Shown: one piece after another, positions 9,791-19,064 of the stretch | Position numbering within the stretch: the stretch's first letter is position 1 | How the letters are laid out: every line of letters begins with the position of its first letter | Assembly (NCBI RefSeq): GCF_006345805.1 | Contig: NW_021833349.1 | Location: 1 to 29,623 of the forward strand | Reading direction: 5' to 3' | DNA: 29,623 bases | Source: Octopus sinensis | Taxonomy: Eukaryota | Program-made: the position numbers and the translations under genes | The notes under the pieces: model-generated | Database searches by the model: none | The model's input: the letters and a program-made list of their open reading frames with translations, nothing else | What the model was told of the DNA's origin: nothing

Positions 9791-10445
9791 TATGAAGAGC
9801 TTACTTTCAAAACCAGATCTATGCATCGAAATGACTTACTCTTTTACTCTTTTACTTGTTTCAGTCATTTGACTGCGGCCATGCTGGAGCACCACCTTTA
9901 GTCGAGCAAATCGACCCCGGGACTTATTCTTTGTAAGCCCAGTACTTATTCTATCGGTCTCTTTTGTCGAACCGCTAAGTGACGGGGACGTAAACACACC
10001 AGCATCGGTTGTCAAGCAATGCTAGGGGACAAACACAGACACACAAACATACATATATATACATATATACGACGGGCTTCTTTCAGTTTCCGTCTACCAA
10101 ATCCACTCACAAGGCTTTGGTCGGCCCGAGGCTATAGTAGAAGACACTTGCCCAAGGTGCCACGCAGTGGGACTGAACCCGGAACCATGTGGCTGGTTAG
10201 CAAGCTACTTACCACACAGCCACTCCTGCACCTTATGAGTAATTGTTTAAAACATCAACTTGAATATGTCTGATTTTGATTGGAAGTCTAAGATTCGCCT
10301 ACATGTCTTATATGGCGCCTATCGCAGCTTGACTGACAAAAATTTCACTTGTGTGGAGCGAGCAGCTTGCGGATTGTGTTTTAATGGTTATCATGAAATC
10401 GATCAAATATGCACTTATGCCGGTTTTGAAAGTAAGCTCCTCACA
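9791..10445. mobile_element. Second TA-flanked MITE (about 260 bp net) interrupted by a SINE B
   Basis: Perfect 18-bp inverted repeat GAGCTTACTTTCAAAACC (9797-9814) / GGTTTTGAAAGTAAGCTC (10422-10439), extendable outward with 2 mismatches to TA at 9789-90 and 10446-47. Confidence 0.7.
9836..10232 (-). mobile_element. SINE family B, full length
   Basis: Head GGTGCAGGAGTGGCTGTGTGGTAAG at 10232, internal (TA/TG) tract, tail ...GAAACAAGTAAAAGAGTAAAAGAGTAA. Confidence 0.92.
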
Positions 10446-10554
10446 TATGACCTAAAGCAGACCTCGATTAAAAGAAAGCAAGTCATTGATAAGGTTGCGA
10501 ATTGATTGATCGATCGAACGATTAATCAAACAATCGATTTTCGGTAATTAGTTA

Positions 10555-11115
10555 CGAAGTTGGGCTGAAAAGTTCCTAGGCTGATTAAGAAGGAGTGATA
10601 CTAGAGCTGTGAAAATCTTATATAATAACAGCATTGTTTCTTTCAAATTGACATCTGAGTGCTCAAAGAAGACTGCAGCAGTAATTAGTAATGATTTCCG
10701 TGAAATTAGACACAATTTGGCATCGTAGTGTTATGACCTACTCACAGAAAAAAAAAAAAAACGGTTTAGCTTCCAAGAACATGCATGCTGACAGGGTTGC
10801 TACATTGAATGATGACTCCAGCTCCAGCTTTATGAACAACGCAAAAGCGGGCAGCTGAATTTAGGAGGGAAAGTGTTGTGTGGACACCCCCAGACGATGA
10901 AGTAGACTATCCCAATACGTAGATATAAGGGAGAAGTCTAAACGTCAGAGAAGAGTAGCAGAGAGTAGTAGAGGTCAGCCGAACATGCGACATAACAGAA
11001 AGGCAGAGTCTTATAGACGACCCAAGGTCTGGACTTCCTGCAACGGCCACCACCGAGGAAAACATTGATGGTGCTCACCACATAGTGATAGATGATTGAC
11101 AGGCGATTGACTATA
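10555..11115 (+). mobile_element. Decayed mariner transposon 5' part (TIR plus HTH region)
   Basis: TA|CGAAGTTGGGCTGAAAAGTTCCTAGGCTGA TIR-like start. Translation with frameshifts: HADRVATLNDD...AAEFRR[insertion]RQSLIDDPRSGLPATATTEENIDGAHHIVIDD.RRLTINQ, the mariner HTH and DDPRSGRP linker. Confidence 0.85.
10874..10997. mobile_element. 124-bp TG...CA element with 5-bp TSD (solo-LTR-like, or a miniature DNA element)
   Basis: Starts TGTTGTGT and ends ACATAACA (8-bp inverted termini, 1 mismatch). GAAAG at 10869-73 and 10998-11002. Removing the element plus one TSD restores the frame AEFRRERQSLIDDPRSG. Confidence 0.8.
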
Positions 11116-11148
11116 AATCAACGAATTGACAAATAATAATTCTTTCTG

Positions 11149-11283
11149 TTCCGCCGAAGTCGACTTTGCCTTTCATCATTTCGGGGTCGATAGATTAAGT
11201 ACCAGTTGCGTACTGGGGTCGATGTAATCGTCTGGCCCCCTCCATCTAAATTTCAGGCCTTGTGCCTAGAGTAGAAAAGAATA
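11149..11283 (+). mobile_element. SINE family A, alternative-tail variant, 5'-truncated
   Basis: TTCCGCCGAAGTCGACTTTGCC...GGCCTTGTGCCTAGAGTAGAAAAGAAT. Confidence 0.85.
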
Positions 11284-11485
11284 ATTCTTTCTATTACAGG
11301 CACAAAGCCTGAAATTTTGAGGAAGGATGCTTGTCAATTTTATCAACCTTAGGGCTCAACTGTTACTAATTTTATTGACCCCGAACGGGCGACGAGCAAA
11401 GTAACCCTTGGCGGAATTTGAACTTAGAACGTAAAGCCAGAAGAAATACCCTAAACTTTTTTGTCCAGTGTGCTAGCGTCTCTGT
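11284..11485 (-). mobile_element. SINE family A, alternative-tail variant, older diverged copy
   Basis: TTCTTTCTATTACAGGCACAAAGCCTGAAATTTTG...GGCGGAATTTGAACTTAGAACGTAAA...GAAATACC. Confidence 0.8.
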
Positions 11486-12257
11486 AACTAATAAGAAAAA
11501 AGAAGTGAAATAAAATCAGAGTGTGTTCATAATTGGCATAATGACCCTCTCGACGTACACACAAATATGTTTCAACACACAAGTTCACATAAGAAAATCT
11601 TACAAACCAAACACAAAAACAAAAAAATAATTATGTTTATATTTACGTAAGGCATTCTTCCGAGAAGTTATGTTTTCCATCATTTGAACAACTCTCTTGA
11701 CAGTTTTGGATATAAACCAACCTACTACGATGACCTTAGGTATACTCAGACGTTTCATTAAATGTGTTATGTGCTCTTCAGAAAATTTTTCATCTGTATT
11801 CGAACGATCAAACAACTTCTAATTGACTATGGCTCGGCTCTTATTTGTTGCAACAAACTAACCCCAATGGATTTACTAACATAAAGTCTATAATTTAATA
11901 GCATTTAACAATTTTTATGGTGATATTTGGCAACATTTGAAGTGTAATGGAATGCAGCAATGGTCATCGTAAAGTTAGTGACTCAACTTAGTTCATCTCG
12001 GTTCATTCTTTTTCTATTTTCTTCTAAATTGAATTTGGTTTTATTCTCATTCCATCTCTTAAGCCTTTGAACGTGGAAACAGATATATACGCTAAAAATT
12101 TTATCTCCGTTGACTGCGGAAAGCGGTTTCAAGCCACAGCTTTAAGAAAAATCTTCTCCTTCTACTCCAAAAAACGGAGACACTCCTACTAACACTTTTT
12201 ACCAAAGACACTTTTTAAAAATTTTCTTTATTCTTTTTTTTTCCATATATTCCATCA

Positions 12258-12873
12258 CTAGCTTAAAAGCCGTATTCCCTGCAGACTTTTGAGATAGCAC
12301 CTGTGGAGGGCTAACTGGGCCTGCAGACCAAAACTAAAGAGAACCACAATAATGAAATATTTATTGGTACCATATTAATATCAAAGAACAAATCAAGTTT
12401 CGATTAGGGAGCAAATATTTAAGAAAAAGTGGAAGTGGATTGGTAGCACAAATAGAAAAGACATACCAAATGTACAGAAGCGAAAAATTATGCGACATGA
12501 AATTCAACTATAAGTGGCCTATACTCCGCGTTGGAGGGTTAAAGGCAGGAAAAAAAGACCTTATCAGTATAGTATTACCCTACCAATATGGTTTTACATT
12601 AAATTCAGTTTAAATGATAAACTTGTAAGTTCCCAAAGTTTTTGACTTGTTTTAAAATTTGCATTTTCAACTGTTAGCATATAACAAATCCTTATCCAGA
12701 CCCGATCCCAATGCTGGATGTTCAAGAACCAAATGAAAGGCAGATTTTCGATCCCGGGGATCATCCTGATTCCAAAAAGGTACCATATGTCTAAGTAGAG
12801 CAAATGTAGATTGAGATACAGGGATCCCAGACGGAGGGACAGGCAGACAGAATTTCGCGTTTATCATTATAGA
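12258..12873 (-). mobile_element. Probable non-autonomous Helitron-like element
   Basis: Minus strand begins TCTATAATGATAAACGCGAAATTCTGTCTGCCTGTC (TC start plus CTGT-type tract, as in Lep1-type non-autonomous Helitrons) and ends ...GGGAATACGGCTTTTAAGCTAG|T. The 3' hairpin is not cleanly recognisable, and the base before TC is T rather than A. Confidence 0.45.
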
Positions 12874-13232
12874 ATCAAATAATTTGAGATGAAAATTTCA
12901 CCTTCAAGAGATGACATAAATTATATTTCCTTAATTGATAATTACCATCATTACAGGAATGACCATGAAATTTAATTACGCAGTCGAAGGGTTAAAGAAG
13001 GCAATAAACAACCGTTGCGTTTAGGCAAGAATCTAGCTTCAGAGTTCAAAACGAAGCACGGACGAAACTGGAAACAGATTAAATTGAGACAGAGAAAACC
13101 TAGAAATATATACAACTGGGCAACTATTTGAATAGTGCATATAATTCTAAAAAGAGAGAAAACATTTAGTTTGCTATCTCTAATGACAGTTTATTAGGAG
13201 CTAAAATAATACACGTTCTGTAATGTCAAGTA

Positions 13233-13233
13233 C

Positions 13234-13276
<43 letters not shown>

Positions 13277-13316
13277 TATAATAATAATATAATGGTAATG
13301 ATGATGATGATGATGA

Positions 13317-13393
<77 letters not shown>

Positions 13394-13399
13394 GTAATG

Positions 13400-13438
<39 letters not shown>

Positions 13439-13475
13439 TAATAATAATATAATGATGATGATGATGATGATGATG

Positions 13476-13526
<51 letters not shown>
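13233..13526. repeat. (AAT)n/(GAT)n trinucleotide array
   Basis: Directly visible; source of the poly-I/L/Y ORFs. Confidence 0.95.
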
Positions 13527-13529
<3 letters not shown>

Positions 13530-14053
13530 GCCCTGATGCAATACCAGGCAGTGGCTCTCGTGGATCCTGATCTTAACTGATTGGAAGTGTTATCATGTAC
13601 ATTGTTTTGTGGGCTACACAATATTCTGTTCAATACCACAGATTTGCTTGTCAGTTGTTTGACCATAACCAGTTGAGCATGTCCCTTAATGGCTGACGAT
13701 ATGTGCCTCTCTGATCACGAGCAGAAGTAGTGGGAGAGCATCATAGCCATGTGTTGAGAGGGATTCTTTGGGGTTTGAATAATTCACCTCTGGAAACATG
13801 GGTGGTTTGTTCAACATCCTTAAACAACCCTTATTCAGGGACCTTTTGAGTGGGATGGGTTCCTCGACCAGAAGAAAATTCTAACTGGGCCCCACCTGCA
13901 AGGTCATGCGCTGTTTATCTTGATATGAGATCACCATGTCGCGCACATATGGTTGTGATGCATGTTCCTGGTATAACTTTATCAGACGGGTAGTCATGAT
14001 GGGTATATTGGGCTTCGTATATTTTACCCCAGTGTCACTTTGATGGCATGCAC
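13527..14053. mobile_element. Unclassified interspersed repeat associated with (AAT)n
   Basis: 13892-14053 is near-identical to 17719-17881 (CCACCTGCAAGGTCATGCGCTG...GATGGCATGCAC), so at least that part is repeated. It starts immediately after the AAT array. No coding motif recognised. Confidence 0.7.
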
Positions 14054-14940
14054 CGCTGACGACGTTCTCGAGGAAATTCTGGGCGTCGATGAAAATCAAC
14101 TAACGGGTCTAGAACTTTCGGGCCTTGACCTATGGATAACTTCCAGAAATCCCTTGCCTGGCAGTGCTACTGAGGGGCGCTGCCTGCTCGGAATAAACTT
14201 TACAGGCACGGAAGTGCTGTCACCCGGCCCTGCCCGAGGTGCGTCCAGAGCGATTTAACCGTTCTGCACGCCCTAAGTCCAGTGCCCGAGTATTGCTGAC
14301 CTGTGGGTTTATGTCGAACACCTGCTGTCGCGTGTAGACGGATCCGGCTATCAGCTGAATATATTGTGAACATTGCTCCACCACCCACTTTTGGCTGGGA
14401 GGGGAAGGCAATTTTTATTTGTCTAGTGGATGTAGCGAAAGGGGTAGTATGGTGGACCCGTTTGAAAGGGCTAAAGACAGGAACTTTCCTCTTTGGCCAA
14501 GCCCTCACCAACTTCTTCAAGTTTCACTTAAAAAGGAAATTGAGCGTGGAGAGGGCAGTGTTGCCTTGTAGCAAGTTTGTTGAAAGGTGGGTGAATGTTG
14601 GAAGAATGGCCAGTGTGAAGGACCAATTCTGAGCGTGCACCTGTAAACAAAGGAAGGGCTCTTTCCTTGTTGTTCAGGCACCCGTGGCTTTTGTGGGTTT
14701 TTTCCATGAAGTCCTTAAAGCGCCCCACTTCTTGGTAGTTTTAAATTGTTATTTATATTGTTTACACGTTCTAAAACCCTTTGTATCGTCCTGTTTTAAT
14801 GTTTTATGATGTTGTATGTGTTTTAATGTCCTTGTGGCCAATAAACGAATTAAGTATCATCATCATCATCATCATCACTATCATCATCATCATATATCAT
14901 CATCATCATTATCATCATCATTATTATTATTATGATGATA
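14054..14940 (+). mobile_element. Tx1/L1-clade LINE 3' end: zf-RVT C-terminus, 3' UTR, AATAAA and (ATC)n tail
   Basis: Frameshifted translation MDNFQKSLAWQCY*GALPARNKLYRHGSAVTRPCPRCVQSDLTVLHAL../IADLWVYVEHLLSRV/RIRLSAEYIVNIAPP...KGVVWWTRLKG...ERWV. The CPRC..TVLHAL zinc-knuckle motif is typical of L1/Tx1 ORF2. AATAAA at 14840-45; ATC repeats from 14856. Confidence 0.85.
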
Positions 14941-15436
14941 ACAACAATAACAACAACAATAATAATATTTGTGGTAGATTGGTAGATTAGAAAAAACATT
15001 GCATAAAATACGTCGCGGTATTTCGTTACGATTTTCTCTGTGTATCTGAGCTTGTTATGCAAAGTAAACCGTGATGTGATATATTTATCACAATACATAG
15101 AATATAACACATCTGGCAACGACTAACTTTTCACGAAACAGCTTTTCCGGAAAAGCTAAAAGTAAAAATAATAAAAAACACCCTGAAATTGCTACAAAGT
15201 GACAGAAACAATTTTCGATAGCCATCGCATTTTTTGTATACAACGTGCAGGTGTTTAGACATTTCATCAAATTTATGACACCAAAGAGATAAAATATAAA
15301 CAATAATAATAATCTTGAAATTTGGTTTCATAAGGATGACAGCTTTTACTATAATGGCGTCCTTCCAATTGTTTTCCGACAAAGTGCTGACAGTAAACCC
15401 ACCAGTGTGCTGACCCCGAAAAGAAAAAAGAGGCAA

Positions 15437-15446
15437 AATAATAATG

Positions 15447-15501
<55 letters not shown>

Positions 15502-15540
15502 TAATAATAATAACAACAACAATGATAATGATAATAATAT
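15437..15540. repeat. (AAT)n array
   Basis: Directly visible. Confidence 0.9.
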
Positions 15541-15606
15541 ATAAAGGATTGAGGTAACTCCCCCAGAAGATATAAAAGCAAAAAAAAAAAAAAAAAGAAA
15601 GAAAAT

Positions 15607-15707
15607 GAGTGGCATTGTTTTTCAAGTGAACGATACACAAGATGTCGAAATATCGTGGAAGACCCTCGAGATGCCAAAATATCGTTCACTTGATGACAAT
15701 GGCACTC
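15607..15707. other. Fold-back element (arms of 29 and 28 bp, 44-bp spacer)
   Basis: Arms 15607-15635 and 15680-15707 share a perfect 14-bp core TCAAGTGAACGATA/TATCGTTCACTTGA plus GAGTG.CATTGT outside it. Confidence 0.65.
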
Positions 15708-15718
15708 TTTTTTTTTGC

Positions 15719-15719
<1 letters not shown>

Positions 15720-15785
<66 letters not shown>

Positions 15786-15835
15786 TAATAATAATAATAA
15801 TAATAATAGTAATAATAATAACAATAATAATAATC
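15720..15835. repeat. (AAT)n array
   Basis: Directly visible. Confidence 0.9.
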
Positions 15836-16006
15836 TTTCTTCTGGAGGCACAATGCTTCAAATTTGGAGAGAGGGGACTAGTCGGTAATATCGACCCCAG
15901 TTTTTTACTGATACTTTATCGATCCCGAAAGGATGACCTCGGCGGAATTTGAACTCAGAACGTAGCGACAGACGAAATACTGCTAAGCATTTTGCTCCGC
16001 GTGGTA
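15836..16006 (-). mobile_element. SINE family A, alternative-tail variant; the head remnant is displaced to about 16195-16212
   Basis: GAGGCACAATGCTTCAAATTTGG...GACCTCGGCGGAATTTGAACTCAGAACG...GCATTTTGCTCCGCGTG; TTCTGCCAGCTCCTCGC resumes at about 16195. Confidence 0.8.
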
Positions 16007-16011
16007 CAATT

Positions 16012-16017
16012 ATAGTA

Positions 16018-16113
<96 letters not shown>

Positions 16114-16140
16114 ACAACAACAACAACAACAATAATAATT
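16012..16140. repeat. (AAT)n/(AGT)n/(AAC)n array
   Basis: Directly visible. Confidence 0.9.
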
Positions 16141-16886
16141 GAAACCCAGAACGTTGTGATCTGGAAGGAATACAGCAAAACGTCATAGTGATTATTCTGC
16201 CAGCTCCTCGCATAATTCTGTCCTCAATTAGGATTCTAATCACGAATTTAACCCTAATCTGCCCTCAACTTCCTGATTCATCTAATTCGCATATTCTATC
16301 ATCCTGGTCACCTATTAATTTATCTAGCAATCATGTATTTTAATACATCTCATATCTTAAAAAAAAGAAATTACAATGAGTGAAAGTAAACATTGTTTGA
16401 CCGAATGGTCGCCCAATCCCATTCTTCATATTCGTTTCGTTTTTCACGATGTTGATTTCATAAATAACATTTTTTCATGTAATTGCTCCTATGTTAAGAA
16501 TACAGGGATGGGTTTGATGGAATATTGCGTTGGTTGCGTTTTGTTAGCAAATTAATTGGGTGACTTTCACTTCGTAGAAATTGGGAGAAAACAAATAAAA
16601 AACAAAATAAAACTAGCTGCCAAATATTCATCAAATCATGCCTTTAAAATGGAAGCGTATATTATACAACGCAGTTCTTATACACACGCAAACACACATC
16701 TATATGTAACACGGGGAGCTCACAATTGGGATGCTCTTGTGGAAAGATCTGATCACTCATAGTTAAACTTGAGATAAAATAGAAAGGAATTCCCAAAGGA
16801 AGTCCGAAAACTATGTATTTCAAAGAAAATATTCAAAATATAACCAGGAAATCGAATAATATATAAAATAATAATAACAATAATAA

Positions 16887-17097
16887 CCCTCTTCACTAAA
16901 GGCTCAAGGCCTGAAATTTGGGGGAGGGGACAAGTCGATTTTATCGACTCCAGTACACAGATGGCACTTATTTTATTGACCTCGAAAGGCTTAAATGCAA
17001 AGTCGACCTCGGCGGAACTTGAACTCAGAACGTAAAGGCGGACGAAGTACCGCTACGCATTTCACCTGGCGTGCTAACGACCCTGGCAGCTCGCCGC
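16887..17097 (-). mobile_element. SINE family A, alternative-tail variant, full length
   Basis: Head GCGGCGAGCTGCCAGG at 17097; tail ...CAGGCCTTGAGCCTTTAGTGAAGAGG; AAT repeats on both sides. Confidence 0.85.
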
Positions 17098-17170
17098 TTT
17101 ATATAATGATGATGATGATGATGATGATGATGATAATAATAATAATAAATAAATAAATAAATTTCACTAT

Positions 17171-17660
17171 CTACTGGCTAATCAACCAGACATAATCATT
17201 AAAGACAGCGAAGAAAATACTTGTAGACTAATAAATGTAAGTGTTCCCACTGATGAAAATATATCTTTAAAGGAGTTTGACAAATTAAGTAAATATAAGC
17301 ACCTGGAAAGTGAAATACAAAAAATGTGGCATCTTAAAGCGAGACTGTTATTATGGGTGCTCTAGGTATGATAAGAAAAGGGTGTCAGAAACATCTAGAT
17401 AATATCCCAGGAGAACCATATCTCAGAGAAATCCAAATGATTGAGCTGAAAAGTAATAGAAACATCCTTAGAAAAACCTTATCAATTTAAATGTATGTGT
17501 TGTAATACATAAAGATATTTCACTACTGTTCCTTCCACTTGCCCCCGCTAACTTTCAGTCGTATTGTAACATCACTTATTCTTCACTCGCCTTCGGACGC
17601 TGGGTGTGTCTCAAGGAGTGATTGTAGCAAACGAGCAGATTTTAAGTAAATGATGATAAG
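17171..17660 (+). mobile_element. R4/Dong-clade non-LTR retrotransposon 3' end (restriction-like endonuclease domain and 3' UTR)
   Basis: LLANQPDIIIKDSEENTCRLINVSVPTDENISLKEFDKLSKYKHLESEIQKMWHLK/VIMGALGMIRKG...EIQMIELKSNRNILRKTLSI* (stop at 17488-90). This is the (R)PD-x-D..P....KE..K..KY RLE signature plus the GALG and ILR..L motifs of R4/Dong. Flanked by GAT/AAT/AAC repeats. Confidence 0.85.
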
Positions 17661-17718
17661 AACAACAACAACAATTGTAATAAAAATAACAATAATAGTT
17701 GAGTCGATTGCATCGATT

Positions 17719-17897
17719 CCACCTGCAAGGTCATGCGCTGTTTATCTTGATATGAGATCACCATGCCGCGCACATATGGTTGTGATGCATGTGCCTGGTG
17801 TACCTTTATCGGACGGGTAGTCATGATGGGTATACTGGGCTTCGTATATTTTTACCCCTGTGTCACTTTGATGGCATGCACTGCTCTCTCTTACTAA
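17719..17897. mobile_element. Second partial copy of the unclassified AAT-associated repeat
   Basis: Near-identical to 13892-14053; continues TGCTCTCTCTTACTAAATAATAAC into AAT/GAT repeats. Confidence 0.8.
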
Positions 17898-18325
17898 ATA
17901 ATAACGATGCTGCTGCTGATGATGATGGTGATAATAATGTTAATGATACTGATAAAATAATAATTAAAACAATGCGGAATGATTTACACACACGCACACG
18001 CACACACACACACACATACACACATACAAACGCACGCATACACACATACAAATATATATATATATGTATATATATATATTCAGCAATATATCACTCGGTT
18101 ACTATGGTCTCAGAAATATTCGTGACGTTAATGTGTCGGGCAGAAATGACGTCACATTGCTTGTAGACATGCCTTAAGAAACTAAAAAGCAAAAATAAGA
18201 AAAACAAAAAACAAACAGATAAGGACTTTCGCATCGCGTCAGAAAATTATATTCTCTTAATTACATTGCACATCATGTATGTGTATGACTGTGTGTAAGG
18301 GTGTGTAAGTGTGTATATGCATAAT

Positions 18326-18365
<40 letters not shown>

Positions 18366-18548
18366 GACACACATTCACCCACCTGATATGTATGCACAGA
18401 CACACACACACACACGAACACCTATAAGGAAATATATTTTGTTAACGATCATAATTGTATGGATGCATATATATACACACAAACATATATGCATATTTAT
18501 ATATGTGTGTGTGCGTGTGTGTGTATACATATATATGTAGTATGTATG

Positions 18549-18582
<34 letters not shown>

Positions 18583-18600
18583 AGATAGATAGATAGATAT

Positions 18601-18766
18601 ATACTTTATTAAAGCAGCAGAAAATTCAACAAAACCTGTTACTCTGAGTTAAACTCAGAGTAACAGGTTTTGTTGTATTTTCTGCTGCTTTAAATAAAGC
18701 ATATTACTCTACCACTGGTATTGAGTACTCTTTTTTCCACCTGTTTCACTTATGTGTTTACTCCGG
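18601..18766. mobile_element. Palindromic insertion in (TA)n, probably a Penelope-like element end with an inverted partial copy
   Basis: 18601-18650 is the reverse complement of 18652-18702 (2 mismatches, 1 indel, 1-nt loop). The right arm continues AATAAAGCATATTACTC...TTTACTCCGG into (TA)n. The Penelope assignment rests on architecture only. Confidence 0.55.
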
Positions 18767-19028
18767 TATATATATATATATATTATATATATATATATCT
18801 AATATATACACACATGCATGTATGTGTTTGTTTACATATAAAATTTATATCTATGTGTATATATATATATTAAAAAATTATATATATATGTGTGTGTGAG
18901 TGTGTGTATGTATAAAATAATTTGCCTTTCTTCATCTGTCTGTTTTCTGTTTGTATGTATGTACAACATGTACATATATGTGTACAACACACATATTATG
19001 TATACATATATGTGTACATGTATGTACG

Positions 19029-19064
<36 letters not shown>

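Noticed and set aside
10260-10505. 81-aa ORF with a CGLC motif (…ACGLCFNGYH…)
   Set aside because: It overlaps a MITE TIR. The resemblance to piggyBac Cys-rich tails is too weak, and there are no splice or homology cues.
10502-10529. Short hairpin TTGATTGATCG...CGATTAATCAA
   Set aside because: It is low-complexity GATC/GATT repeat and expected by chance.
12530-12996. Two AGGGTTAA motifs resembling piggyBac right ends
   Set aside because: There is no convincing TTAACCCT left end; only a weak TTCACCTTC near 12897.
16247-16258. TAACCCTAA telomere-like motif
   Set aside because: It is a single 1.5-unit occurrence, expected by chance.
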